A stretch of DNA of 59,616 nucleotides, filler included. It is 5 parts of 5 records of this genome, joined end to end, with 100 filler letters (N's around TTAATTAATTAA, not from the genome) between each part and the next. Parts side by side here need not be neighbours in the genome. Positions count along the whole stretch, not along the records: positions 30,724 to 38,922 come from SRR31156797_20694; positions 39,023 to 45,773 come from SRR31156797_20712; positions 45,874 to 54,170 come from SRR31156797_20714; 2 more parts are not named here. One strand, written 5' to 3'. Each line of letters opens with the position of its first letter. Position 1 is the stretch's first letter. Shown one piece after another: positions 37,881 to 49,167 of the stretch. A program made the position numbers and the translations under genes. The notes beneath the pieces were generated by a model. That model was not told where the DNA came from. It was given only the letters and a program-made list of their open reading frames with translations, and searched no databases.

Positions 37881-38615
37881 TCAGCCGCGAAACATGTACG
37901 GCAGGACCGCGCCCGAGATGAAGTTGCCCGACTCGGAACAGAGGAAGGCCACGCCCTCAGCGATGTCTTGCGGTGAGGCGGTGCCCCGTTGTTGCCAGGC
38001 ACCGCCGCGGTCGCATTGCTCGATGGCTTCGTCGAGGGTGGCGATCTCGGGGACGGGCCCGGGCCCGATCGTGTTGAGTGTTACGCCCTGGGACCAGGCC
38101 GCATCGCGGGCAATCAGCAGCGCTTGTGTCCGTGCGGCCTTCCCTACGTTGTAGGCATAGGCGGGTGAGTTGTAAGGCGGCGTCAAAGCCAGTGCGATCA
38201 GCCGACCCCACTTCTTTTCGTACATCCCAGGCAGCACCAGAGGCATGAGATGGTAGATCGGCGCCAATTCCTTCTGAACGTCGTCAAGCGCCCCGGCCGA
38301 GTCCAGTTTGTCGACGGGTTCCGGATGCCAACCGGCGCCGGGTCCGATGATACAGATGTCGACTTGGCCAAATGTCTCGCGCGCCGCGTCCACCAGCGCT
38401 CGGCACTGATCCGGCTCGGCCACATCCGCCCCAAACGCCAGGGCGCGACCGCCCCGGCTCTCGATATGCGCGACGATCGCGGCGGCACTGTCCGCACTCG
38501 TGCGATAATCGACAACGACCTTCGCACCTTCACGCGCCAGCGTCAAGGCAATGCTGCGTCCCATCCCCTTGCCCGCGGCACCAGTAACGATCGCCACCTT
38601 CCCTGAACACATCAT
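37881..38615 (-). CDS. SDR family oxidoreductase
   Basis: VTGAAGKGMG, YNVGK (YxxxK), NTIGPG. Confidence 0.9.
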   Translation of the reverse strand: MMCSGKVAIVTGAAGKGMGRSIALTLAREGAKVVVDYRTSADSAAAIVAHIESRGGRALAFGADVAEPDQCRALVDAARETFGQVDICIIGPGAGWHPEPVDKLDSAGALDDVQKELAPIYHLMPLVLPGMYEKKWGRLIALALTPPYNSPAYAYNVGKAARTQALLIARDAAWSQGVTLNTIGPGPVPEIATLDEAIEQCDRGGAWQQRGTASPQDIAEGVAFLCSESGNFISGAVLPYMFRG

Positions 38616-38668
38616 GTTACGCGTCCCCCTAGCTGAAGGGCGTGCCCGCCGACCCTGCCAAGCGCAGG

Positions 38669-38922
38669 TCAGGGCAGCGGCGAGCAGAGTTCGACGAGGA
38701 AGCCCTGCTTGTCGCGCACGTAGGCGACGGTCTGGCCCCAGGGCTTCTCGACCGGTTCGCTGACGACCGCGGCCCCGGCCTTCACGGCCCGCTCGAACAG
38801 AGCCGGCACATCGGACGTCGTCAGAGCAATCTCCACCCCCAGCGGCGCCTTGTCCGGCGCGGCCGTAATAGCGGGTTCCGGCAGGTGCGAGTTCGCCAGC
38901 TTCAGACTCGCAAACGCCAACC
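38669..38922 (-). CDS. VOC/glyoxalase family protein (5' truncated)
   Basis: RAVKAGA..PVEKPWGQTVAYVRD..GFLVEL. Confidence 0.88.
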
Positions 38923-39022
38923 NNNNNNNNNNNNNNNNNNNNNNNNNNNNNNNNNNNNNNNNNNNNTTAATTAATTAANNNNNNNNNNNNNNNNNNNNNN
39001 NNNNNNNNNNNNNNNNNNNNNN

Positions 39023-39706
39023 GGCACCATCCAAAATCATCCCCAGCCAATCCGCTTCGCCCTTGGTCAGGCGCGCGAAATGATCACGCACCTCACTGAA
39101 CACGCGAAACCTGGCCATTTGAGATCCATGGTTGGGCGTTGCCACCATAATCAGCATCTCCACCCGGGGCACCTGGCCCTTTCGACTAGCATGGTGGTAA
39201 TTCAGGGATGGCCGGGTCAGCATCTCTCTGGAAACCAGCCCCCCCATGCTGTGGGCCACGATGGAGATCCGGTGAACACCGAACGACTTGATTGTTTCCA
39301 ATTCTTTGAACAGTAGATCAGCGGATTCCGCTACCGGCTGATCATTGGGATAATTCATCAACAAGACGTGATGTCCCTTGCCGAGCAGTTCCGGTGCCAG
39401 GCTTCGCCAGACCTTACCCGGATCGTCCAGACCATGCACAAGAACGATACCAGCGTCACTGTTTATTGTATTTTTCGATATGGGTTCACTTGCTTCGAAG
39501 GAATAAAGACCGAATGTCTCCAAGAAAGCGGCACTTCGATGCGGAAATTTTTCTTTGACCTTTTCCCGCAGCTGAATTCTCAGCGCTTTTTCTTCTTCTC
39601 CATAATTATTGGATAGGAGATGCCACGCAGCGATCAACGCGAGAAGCGCAATGGCAACCCAGATCACAAGTTTTATGGATGGCCATCTCTTTTTATGATC
39701 GGTCAT
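39023..39706 (-). CDS. Alpha/beta hydrolase (lipase/esterase-like), 3' truncated
   Basis: LVHGL, VAHSMGG, ATPNHGS; N-terminal membrane anchor. Confidence 0.88.
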
Positions 39707-40959
39707 GGCTCTTTCCCAACCAGACTAAAAACCATCTGGTCATACCACCATAGCTTTTCGAAGAAGTGGTTGGCTTGCTCTCGCGTTAGCGTTGGCCGTT
39801 TTTTAGCGCTTCGAAGCAAGAGTTCGCCGATGGTACGCCGTCCATCGATATCGATATATATCCCCTTCTCCTCGCTGCTGATCGGCAAAGCCAGATCGGA
39901 ATCCGTATGACTTGGATTGATCAATACGGCATCCGCGCCCTCAGGCAGGCGATCGACGATACACCGTGTTTCCGGCAATCGAATCGGGATGCAAGCCTCC
40001 CACCTGTCACCCGCAAAGTGGATGGGGGGTGGCGCCTCCCGGTGAAGAATGGCGCTGTGGCGCATCATTGTTCCCCGGAATAATTCCATGGCCGTATACT
40101 GCTCCTCTGCTGCCAGATTTTCCAGGCGAGCGGCATGGGGTGTGCCAGCCGGCGCACCGCAACAGGGCAGATAAGGTGCCTGCCGCAACCACCGACCAAA
40201 GTGAAGCCCGCCTCGCTCGATCAGATCAAAAAACTGAGGCACCGTATAGGCACGATCCCGGGGGTGAAGGAGTGCATCGGCCAGTCCTGCCTTGGTTCGA
40301 AAATCCGGCACCGCAGCCAGCAATGGGGCAAGCGGGTGTCCGGCCGGCAACGCCATCAGTGTGTTGGCAAGGGCCACGATCTCTTCGTCGGACCGTCCTA
40401 CGCCCAATCGGCGGCAATACTCCTGCAACATGTAGATGCCTGAGCGGCCATAGGTGGCATACACCATGAGGTGCATCACCCCGTCGGGTTTAAGGACGCC
40501 TCGCAAGGCGTGTAATCCCGCCTCCGGATCCGGGAGGTGATGCAGAACGCCGGTACAGACCACCTTGTCGAAGGCTTCGCCCAAATCACCGACCCGCTCA
40601 ATCGGCAGTTGGACAAGGTCGAGATTGTCCAAATGATAGCCGTGCTTCAAGGCCTCGGTGTGCCGAATGCTCGCTGCACTGACGTCGATACCGACAACAC
40701 GGCCCGACGACTGGCGCAGCGAATACTTGGCCGCCTGTGAGGTGCCGCATCCGGCCACGAGTATCGCCAGATTGTCTCGGTACGGTCTGTCCGGCCAATA
40801 GAGATGAAAATCCGCTCGGCATCGGTTCTGATCCGACCAGCGCCGGCGGTAATCATTCAGATCAGATACCGGCGTCGGATAAGGGTGGCTTTCGTAAAAG
40901 TCCTTCACCCCACAGCTGACAGGCGGCAACCCGTTATCGGATCTATTGTGGTCGACCAT
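39703..40959 (-). CDS. Class I SAM-dependent methyltransferase with C-terminal extension
   Basis: FYESHPYP, LVAGCGT, CTGVLHHLPDP, DALLHPRD. Confidence 0.88.
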   Translation of the reverse strand: MVDHNRSDNGLPPVSCGVKDFYESHPYPTPVSDLNDYRRRWSDQNRCRADFHLYWPDRPYRDNLAILVAGCGTSQAAKYSLRQSSGRVVGIDVSAASIRHTEALKHGYHLDNLDLVQLPIERVGDLGEAFDKVVCTGVLHHLPDPEAGLHALRGVLKPDGVMHLMVYATYGRSGIYMLQEYCRRLGVGRSDEEIVALANTLMALPAGHPLAPLLAAVPDFRTKAGLADALLHPRDRAYTVPQFFDLIERGGLHFGRWLRQAPYLPCCGAPAGTPHAARLENLAAEEQYTAMELFRGTMMRHSAILHREAPPPIHFAGDRWEACIPIRLPETRCIVDRLPEGADAVLINPSHTDSDLALPISSEEKGIYIDIDGRRTIGELLLRSAKKRPTLTREQANHFFEKLWWYDQMVFSLVGKEP

Positions 40960-40979
40960 GGTACCCTTTTAGGCGGTTT

Positions 40980-42203
40980 TCAGTTGGCTTGTCCAGTCGC
41001 TTCTTCAGCCAGCAACCGCATGATCTCCGTGGCCGGCAGACCCCGTCGGATCAAACCGGCCAATATTCTCAACGATCGGTCAGCGTGGTGAAAAAAAGAT
41101 CGGTAGCCGGCGCACAGGTAGTTCAAACCGCTTTCGCCATCCGGTGTGGTCAAAAATCGGTTTTTCGGGCATTCGCCATGGCAGGCAAAAAGCACATCGC
41201 ACGCACGGCAATAGCGGGGCAACGCATCGCGTTTATCGTGTCCGAATGTAAGTTGCGCATCGGATCCGGCCAGTTCACGCATATGCCGTTCGAGGATGTT
41301 GCCCCGCAAGTAATCGGGTTCCACAAAGTGGTCACAGGCGTACAGGTCGCCATTGTGCTCCAGGGCAAGACCGTGCCCGCAGACTGGATCGAACACACAC
41401 ATTCCAGAGGATCCCGGCCCCAGCCAGTTACGGACCGCAGCCTCGAAGGTCTGTACGAAAACAGCGCCCACATCGTGGCGCACCCATTCGTCGAAAATGG
41501 CACTGAGGAACTGACCCCACTGCTCCGGGAAAACAGTGCGCTCCGAGACATTTGTACCTTTTTGTTCCAGGGCAAGACCATCCTCGTTGAGACGTTCGAC
41601 CGCCGGTATGAACTGAATCCAGCTGGCAGCAGCCTCATCACGCAGGTATTGGTAAACCGCCAGCGGTTCATCGGCATTTCTTCGATTAACGGTAACAAGC
41701 ACGTTCGTTTCGACCCCATGTTTCTGCAACAGTCTGAACCCACGCATCACCCGATGGAAGGTGGGGCGACCCTGTTTGTCCAACCGGTAGGTATCGTGCA
41801 GTTCGCGCGGGCCGTCGATACTGATGCCGACCAGAAAGTTGTTTTTGTACAGGAATTCACACCACTCGTCATTCAACAGGGTCCCATTGGTTTGGAGGGT
41901 GTTTTCGAAGGTCATTCCCGGTCGACGATATCTTTCTTGAAACGCAAGTGCGCGTCTGAAGAAATCGATCCCCATGAGAGTCGGTTCGCCTCCCTGCCAG
42001 GATACCGTGACCTGGTTGGCACGATGGGAATCGATTAATTGCCTGATATAGGTCGCCAGTACTCGATCACTCATCCGGAAACGACTTCCCGGGTAATAGC
42101 TGGCTTTGTTGAGAAAAAAGCAATAGGCGCAGTTCAGGTTGCAGGCCGCCCCGGTAGGCTTGGCCAGAACGTGAATGCTGGGTGGGAGGGTGGTGGTATG
42201 CAT
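40980..42203 (-). CDS. Anaerobic sulfatase maturase-type radical SAM/SPASM protein
   Basis: CNLNCAYC, WQGGEP, SPASM cysteines (C..CG..YACDH..CRAC..CHGEC..C). Confidence 0.92.
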   Translation of the reverse strand: MHTTTLPPSIHVLAKPTGAACNLNCAYCFFLNKASYYPGSRFRMSDRVLATYIRQLIDSHRANQVTVSWQGGEPTLMGIDFFRRALAFQERYRRPGMTFENTLQTNGTLLNDEWCEFLYKNNFLVGISIDGPRELHDTYRLDKQGRPTFHRVMRGFRLLQKHGVETNVLVTVNRRNADEPLAVYQYLRDEAAASWIQFIPAVERLNEDGLALEQKGTNVSERTVFPEQWGQFLSAIFDEWVRHDVGAVFVQTFEAAVRNWLGPGSSGMCVFDPVCGHGLALEHNGDLYACDHFVEPDYLRGNILERHMRELAGSDAQLTFGHDKRDALPRYCRACDVLFACHGECPKNRFLTTPDGESGLNYLCAGYRSFFHHADRSLRILAGLIRRGLPATEIMRLLAEEATGQAN

Positions 42204-42230
42204 GCAAGGGACTCCATTTGGAGTTCGAGA

Positions 42231-42644
42231 TCAGGAAGAACGGTCGGGCATCCTTCTTTTGACCGCATAGAAGGCGGCGGCAATAGCGACAATCAATCCG
42301 GCCGTTCCCAGCACGGTAAGGCCATCGTAATTTTCGAAATCGAGGGTGATGGCCTTGCGGGCGATGGCAATGAGCGCAACCTCAAGAATGATTTCAACAT
42401 GGATGATATGTTCGACTAAATAGGCCTTCATGGTCTCCAGCAGTTCGATGCCGATCAGCACCATCAGGAAAAACCCGAATATCTCCTTGAGATCGGGGAT
42501 CACAAGCAAAAACAACGGCGGCGCCATGAGATCTTCAACGATGATCACCCCCAGTTCGACAGTAGATACAAGGATGACGAAGGCAATCATCATGATAAGC
42601 GTGTATAGAATATACTTCTCAAATTGCTTTAAAAAGGCGATCAT
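42231..42644 (-). CDS. PsiE-family membrane protein
   Basis: Four TM helices with LIGIELLET and ALIAIARKAI motifs. Confidence 0.85.
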   Translation of the reverse strand: MIAFLKQFEKYILYTLIMMIAFVILVSTVELGVIIVEDLMAPPLFLLVIPDLKEIFGFFLMVLIGIELLETMKAYLVEHIIHVEIILEVALIAIARKAITLDFENYDGLTVLGTAGLIVAIAAAFYAVKRRMPDRSS

Positions 42645-42923
42645 ATGCTGTTCCGCTGATGCAACGTTAGCAGTGTAGGAAAACGGGAGCCGTTCATCCG
42701 ATCGAATTCACGATAATGAAATAAAATGTACACTACAATCGCTAAAAAAGCAAAACTTCTCCTGTCTGGATGACCGGTCAGAAGCTCTGCCGGCATTGTC
42801 CCGTTTCCTGGGTCAAAAGGACCGACAACATCGAAAGAATCAGGCCAATGCAGGTTAGGGTGATCAGCAGAGTGCCCAATTCAGAATAGATCGCGAGACT
42901 GGCATCCATCCCCCCCCCAAAAA

Positions 42924-42960
42924 AAGGAAGCGATCAGACTGAAAGTCGACCGCTTCCTTT
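42924..42960. terminator. Terminator downstream of the degQ-like gene
   Basis: AAAGGAAGCG..CGCTTCCTTT stem. Confidence 0.6.
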
Positions 42961-42962
42961 AT

Positions 42963-44456
42963 TTATCCCTGCTGTTCCAGCGAGACGTAAAGCTTACCCT
43001 GTTGGCGTTGTACCAGCAGCAGCAATCGGTCTTGATTTTTGGATTTGTCGATATGCGCTTTCAACTCGCCGACCGAGTTGACGGCATGGCGATTCACTTC
43101 GACAATCACGTCGCCCTTGCGAATACCGACCTCATGTGCTGGGCTGTCGGGCTGTACGCCGACGACGACGACGCCCTGATCCGCCCGAACCTTTAACTGT
43201 TGGGCGATTTCAGGGGTCAGATCGTGGAGTTGGAGTCCCCACTTTCCCTTGGCAGGCTTGGCGCTATTGGCCAGATCGCTTTTTTCTGAGGGCAGTTTGC
43301 CAACTTTCACGGTCAGATCGTGCTTTTTACCGTCGCGAAGTACGGTCAGCTTGGCCTTCTCGTCAACGGGGGTTGCCGCCACCATGGCCGGCAGGTCATG
43401 ACTGTCTGTAACGGTCTTGCCCTTGTATGTTAAAATGACATCACCTCGCACGATGCCGCCCTTGTCTGCCGGACTGCCGGCAACAACATCGGCAACCAGA
43501 ACGCCTTCACGGGAGTCAATATCCATTGCTTCGGCAAGGTCGGGGGTGATGGTCTGGATGCTGACACCGAGATATCCGCGGGTGACTTCTCCATCGGATA
43601 CCAACTGAGGGATCAGCGGTTTGGCTGTATTCACCGGAATGGCGAATCCGATACCCTGGCCCTGGGGAATAATAGCGGTGTTGATGCCAACGACCTCGCC
43701 CTTCATATTAAACAAGGGTCCACCGGAATTTCCGGGATTGATGGACGCATCCGTTTGGATGAAGTCATCGTATGGTCCGGCACCAATCACCCGGCCCTTG
43801 GCGCTGACGATGCCGGAGGTCACGGTGTGGTTCAGGCCAAAGGGGTTGCCAATGGCGACGACCCAGTCACCGACATTGAGTTGCTCGGAATCACCCAACC
43901 TGGCAGCAGGCAATCGCTCTTTAGCATTGATCTTTAGCACGGCCAGGTCTGTCTTCGGGTCGCGACCGACAACCTCGGCATCATATTCCTCTTCATTGGC
44001 CAAGGTAACGGTTACGGCTTTGGCACCTTCGACCACATGGTTGTTGGAGAGCAAATAACCATCCGAGCTGATAATGACACCCGATCCGGCACCATGTGCC
44101 TGGCGGTTGTTTGGCATTTGCGGCATCTCCTTGAAAAAGCGGCCGAAGAAGTCACCGAACTGATCCGGCGACATCTGATGCCCGCCAAACGCGGCTTTCT
44201 CGATCTTGGTCACTTTGACGTTGACCACCGTTGGGCTCAGGGTGTCTGCGAGTTCAGCAAACGAACTGGGCATAACTGGCGGTGCGTCAATGGTCAATGA
44301 CGATCCATTATCATATTCCAGCGCCACTGAAGGTCGCGTCCACTGAAGGCCTGACGAAATCAACAATCCCGCCACCAGAAAGGGAAGCCCGACAGCGATG
44401 ATCTGCTTCACACGGAAACGTCTGTCGTTCATTTCTTCTTTTACTTTGATCCTCAT
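42963..44456 (-). CDS. Do/DegQ family serine endoprotease with two PDZ domains
   Basis: GSGVII, NNHVV, TDLAVLK, INPGNSGGPL, two PDZ repeats. Confidence 0.95.
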   Translation of the reverse strand: MRIKVKEEMNDRRFRVKQIIAVGLPFLVAGLLISSGLQWTRPSVALEYDNGSSLTIDAPPVMPSSFAELADTLSPTVVNVKVTKIEKAAFGGHQMSPDQFGDFFGRFFKEMPQMPNNRQAHGAGSGVIISSDGYLLSNNHVVEGAKAVTVTLANEEEYDAEVVGRDPKTDLAVLKINAKERLPAARLGDSEQLNVGDWVVAIGNPFGLNHTVTSGIVSAKGRVIGAGPYDDFIQTDASINPGNSGGPLFNMKGEVVGINTAIIPQGQGIGFAIPVNTAKPLIPQLVSDGEVTRGYLGVSIQTITPDLAEAMDIDSREGVLVADVVAGSPADKGGIVRGDVILTYKGKTVTDSHDLPAMVAATPVDEKAKLTVLRDGKKHDLTVKVGKLPSEKSDLANSAKPAKGKWGLQLHDLTPEIAQQLKVRADQGVVVVGVQPDSPAHEVGIRKGDVIVEVNRHAVNSVGELKAHIDKSKNQDRLLLLVQRQQGKLYVSLEQQG

Positions 44457-44725
44457 TTTAATTCTCCTTTGGTTGCTTTTTACCTTGTCACTCTTTTTTC
44501 GTTCAACGCGCCATTGCCAGCCACTATAGCCGGTTAAAATGAAGTGGAGATGAATCGAACATTAGAAGAAGTCTTTACTCCCACACAGATTCACGGCGTC
44601 ATGGTAGCACCAATCATCCACAACATCGAAACATCCTCTGAATGATTGGGGAGAAGGTATACCAGGAACATTAAAGGAAGATTAATTAGGGATTATGGTT
44701 TGATAATAGAAGTGCGGAAGAAAAA

Positions 44726-45773
44726 TCACATCACTGCTGCGTTTGATGATTCTATCGTTTGTAACAATGGAAGACGAACCGTGAAAACGCTTCCTTGGCC
44801 CAAGGTACTTTCCACGGTAATACGGCCACCATGCGCTTCGGCAATTGAACGGGCGATGTTCAATCCTAGACCGCCCCCTTGGATATCCCTGCCACGGGTA
44901 TCCGTAGACCGGTGAAAGCGATCAAATACAAGCCTGCGCTCCGATTCTGAGAGACCTACGCCGGTGTCAGTAACACCGAGCCTCACCCAATCTCCTTGGG
45001 AATGGAGGGAGAGCGTCACGCGGCCGCCAGCCGGTGTATATTTGATGGCGTTATCCACCAGGTTGAGAATAAGCCTTCGCAAATGCGCTCGGTCTCCATT
45101 AATAGTGACCGGGTCAGACGGTTTCAATCTGAGTTCAATGTCATTCACTTCGGCGACAACATTCATTAATGCATTGATTTCCCGTAAGAGCCTCATCAGG
45201 TCAACGAGTTGGTTGTCGAGCCGCATGACCCCAGCATCGGCACGGGCAAGCAGCAAGAGACTTTCCACCAAGTGGTTGATTCGATCGATCTCCTCCAAGC
45301 TGCTGCTGAGAACGCGCTGATACTCCACAGGTTCTCTTTCTGCACGCAGGGCCACTTCCATCTCTCCCTTCAGGATCGTCAACGGTGTTTGCAACTCGTG
45401 GGAGGCATCGGCACTGAACTGGCGCATTTGATCGATAGCCACATTGAGCCGGCCAAGCATCGCGTTCAATGTTGCCGCCAGTCTATCCAACTCATCGCCG
45501 CTACCACTCAACTGCAGACGCTCATTCAGGTTTTCTCCACTGATTCGTTGGGCGGTCCGGGTCATTCGGTCGACCGGTCGTAATGCACGTCGCGCCAGTA
45601 GCCACCCGCCCCCACCGGCAAACAGTAAGCCCAACGGCAATACCGCGCCCATGATCAGTAAAAAGCGTTTTCGGGTTTTGATGGTGTTTTCCAAGGACAT
45701 GCCGACACGCACCATGTTGACCACGCGCCCGGAGCGGACCACCGGCAAGGTCAGCAGCCTCACCGGGTATATA
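44726..45773 (-). CDS. HAMP-domain sensor histidine kinase (heavy-metal sensor type), 5' truncated
   Basis: FSADASHELQTPL, NLVDNAIKY, DTGVG, GGGLGL. Confidence 0.92.
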
Positions 45774-45873
45774 NNNNNNNNNNNNNNNNNNNNNNNNNNN
45801 NNNNNNNNNNNNNNNNNTTAATTAATTAANNNNNNNNNNNNNNNNNNNNNNNNNNNNNNNNNNNNNNNNNNNN

Positions 45874-47458
45874 CAACCGGCTCGTCCCAGATAATGTCAG
45901 CCGGTGTAAAACCTGAATCAATCGCCGCAGCATAAATAAAAGGCTTGAAAGCCGACCCGGGCTGCCTCAAGGCCTGAACAGCCCGGTTAAACTGGCTGCT
46001 CTCAAAACTTCTGCCGCCTACCATGGCTTTAACATGGCCTGACTTGCTTTCCATGCAAACCAGCGACGCCTGAATATCCGTTTCCGACAGTAAAACAAAA
46101 CTTTTTTGCGTCCCATTGTCGTGAAAACGAACCAGAACAATGTCCCCTTCATTAAACCATTTCTTAATCCTGCTCTTTCCTCCCGCCCAATTCAAACTGC
46201 TTTTATTAATAAAATAATCACGGGCGCCGATCCTTATGTATATTTCATTTTTGTCGACTCTATTTATCACGGCCTCATAAACTCGGCCGTCTTCGGGAAT
46301 CAGGTCAATATCGCCCGCTTCATTCGAATTTTTTTCAGATGATCGTTTTGTCGGCCCCTTATACCCTGTGCGAACCGATATCTCATTAATTCCGCGGTCA
46401 ACCGCCTTCCTCGCCGCCTGTTGCATTTCAATGCTGATGGTCGTATATACTTTTATTCCCTGCCTGTACAGAACGTCCCGGCCCAGCTTTTCCTCGATTA
46501 TTCTCCTTACATGTTCCGCAAACTGCGGCGTAGGATCCATCCCATGTCTCCGGTTTACAAATTTAAGCTCTTCCGCGGACGCTCTTTGGGCCTCTTTTTC
46601 TTTAATAAAAGATTCTTCAACCATTCTCTTCAAGACGTATTCCCGCCTTTTAATAGCCTCCCTTTCTTTACCTGACCTGGAATACCGGCTCGGCGCCTTG
46701 GCCAGTCCGGCGATGAAAGCGGCCTCGCCCAATGTCAGATCAGACGCCGGCTTATTGAAATATTCCCTTGCCGCCGCTTCAATTCCATAGGCCCCCATAC
46801 CCAAATATATCTGATTTAAATATAGAAAAAGTATTTCATCCTTGCTCAATTCCTGTTCCAGGCGATAAGCAAGAATTGCCTCTCTAATCTTTCTTCGGTA
46901 ACTTTTTTCATTAGTCAGAAGAAAAGTTTTTGTCACCTGCTGGGTTATGGTCGATCCGCCCTGGACAATTCGACCTGCTTCCCTGTTTCTTAAAAAAGCC
47001 CGGATGATTCCCAACAAATCAACACCCGGATGATCGTAAAAATTGGAATCTTCCGCCGCCAGAAAAGCCTTTAAAACATGATCCGGAATTCGATCAAGAG
47101 GCGTCACTATTCTGTATTCATCCGCAAATTCACCTATAATCCTTCCTTCCGATGAATAAAAATAGCTAACAACCGGCGGCCGGTAATCTTTTTTCAAACT
47201 TCCAATTGAAGGAAGGTCCTGTGCAAAATGGTGATAAGCCGCATAAACAACAAATATGGGAATAATAGCCAGGGAAAGGAAAAATATATCAATGCCGGTT
47301 ATCATTCTTCCAATCCATCCGGGACGACTCGGTCGCCAGCCAAATTTTATTAGCGGTTCTTTTTTATTGGATGGTTTAAAACCGGACTTTTCAATCCGTT
47401 TCTTTACTCTGTCGGCTTCGGAAGGTTTTTCAGTGGTGGGATTCCGGTAATTATCCAT
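45874..47458 (-). CDS. mrcA: Penicillin-binding protein 1A, 3' truncated
   Basis: AAEDSNFYDH, GGSTITQQ, RKIRE, RQPGSAFKP. Confidence 0.9.
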
Positions 47459-47665
47459 GATAATATATTATAATGCCGGAAAGACGCGACCAGGCCTTTA
47501 TAAGAATAAACCGCCTGGACAGGCTTCAGGGTCTTTTCCTGTAAAATCCCCGCAATAATATGCGCGTCCCCCAAAAGCTCCCTTTTTATATATTGGCCGT
47601 TTTAGCTTTATTAAAAATATACCGTATTCAGTCTGCAAAAACTATATAAACGCAGCTGTTTATAG

Positions 47666-48649
47666 TTAACCGCCTATCAGGTTCATATCTCGCGCCTGGG
47701 CCGCGTGAACGTCGCTCTGTAAATGGTGACGCCCCGGCTTCGACTTAACCGCCTCACGCAGAATATAGGCAAGTTCCTCAATGTTCGCGCCCCCGCGCAG
47801 CGAACTCTTAATATCCACCTCCAAATCCGACAGGAGACAAAGCCGAAGCTTACCATCGGCAGTTAATCGCAGCCTGTTGCATGTAGCGCAAAAATGATCC
47901 GTCACCGGACTTATGAAGCCCAGATTGCCTATAGCCCCTTTAAGTTTGAATAATCTGGCCGGTCCGTCTCCTTTTGAACGGTCCACGGGCCTCAATTCAC
48001 CCAACCGTCCCAAATAATTTTTTATTTCTTCCGTGGAAACTATCTTATCCTCGGACCAGAAATCACAATGCCCCAAAGGCATGAATTCAATGAATCTGAC
48101 ATCAACAGGCATTTTCATGGTCAGCAGGGCGAAATCTATAATTTCTTTATCGTTAAATCCCCGGATCGGGACGCAGTTTATTTTTATCAAGTCAAATCCG
48201 ACATCAATCGCCTTTTCTATGCCGGCCCATACCCTATCAAAATAATCCCGGCCTGTAATATCTTCAAATGTATCCCTCTTTAAAGAATCAAGGCTGATGT
48301 TTATCCTCTTAACCCCGGCATCCAACAACTCCTCGGCCTTTTCATACAAAAGAACGCCGTTGGATGTCATGCGCAAGTCCATTATTCCCTGAATATCTGA
48401 AAGGTTACGGATAAAATCAATAACTCCCTTCCTCACCAGGGGCTCTCCCCCGGTAAGCCTGACCTTGGTCATCCCCTCCGATGCCGCGGCCTTTACAACT
48501 TTAAGGAATTCCTCGTAAGTAAGAATATCTTCATGGTTGATCTTTGATACGCCCATTTCAGGCATACAATACCGGCAGCGGAGATTGCACCTGTCTGTGA
48601 TTGATATTCTTAAGTAAGTTATATTTCTATGAAAAGTATCAATAAGCAC
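47666..48649 (-). CDS. moaA: GTP 3',8-cyclase
   Basis: YLRISITDRCNLRCRYCMP, FCATCNRLRLTADG..C, C-terminal IGG. Confidence 0.96.
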   Translation of the reverse strand: MLIDTFHRNITYLRISITDRCNLRCRYCMPEMGVSKINHEDILTYEEFLKVVKAAASEGMTKVRLTGGEPLVRKGVIDFIRNLSDIQGIMDLRMTSNGVLLYEKAEELLDAGVKRINISLDSLKRDTFEDITGRDYFDRVWAGIEKAIDVGFDLIKINCVPIRGFNDKEIIDFALLTMKMPVDVRFIEFMPLGHCDFWSEDKIVSTEEIKNYLGRLGELRPVDRSKGDGPARLFKLKGAIGNLGFISPVTDHFCATCNRLRLTADGKLRLCLLSDLEVDIKSSLRGGANIEELAYILREAVKSKPGRHHLQSDVHAAQARDMNLIGG

Positions 48650-48860
48650 TATTTTTACCCGTCGATTCCTTCGTTCGCGACCAAGTCATAATATGGACTT
48701 ATGTTTTTAAGAATTCAATAATTATTTATCTACAATCTTGTCTATAGTGGTTCCAGTATAATCGCTAAAGGAGCAAGAAAAATACTGAGAGATCCTGATT
48801 CCAACGTCTATTACTTAGCTGGCATTCATCATTAACTGATACTCATAGACTTATCCGACA

Positions 48861-48886
48861 TGGATTCCCGCGAAAGCGGAAATGAC
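48861..48886. repeat. Single REP-like palindromic element
   Basis: TGGATTCCCGC-GAAA-GCGGAAATGAC resembles the GTCATTCCCGCGNAAGCGGGAATCCA class of intergenic repeats. Confidence 0.5.
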
Positions 48887-49167
48887 AGATCGGCGCCGGG
48901 AAAATCAATTGGCCGCAAGCGTACAACCCCGTTATTGAATCCAAACTCTTATATAAACATTTCAACAAGTTAAAATTAATCTAAAGCTGATTGCGGTCGA
49001 TTTTGGACAGAAGTTATTTCGCTATAATTACGAGCAATATTTGTTAGTGTCCAATAGATTGGAAATACCTATTTCAAAAAACATTTTTGTTGATTAAAAC
49101 GTAATTTTTTGTTAAGATTATACAGTTTAAATACTTGTTATTACAATGTTTTTTTTAGGTTGTTTTA

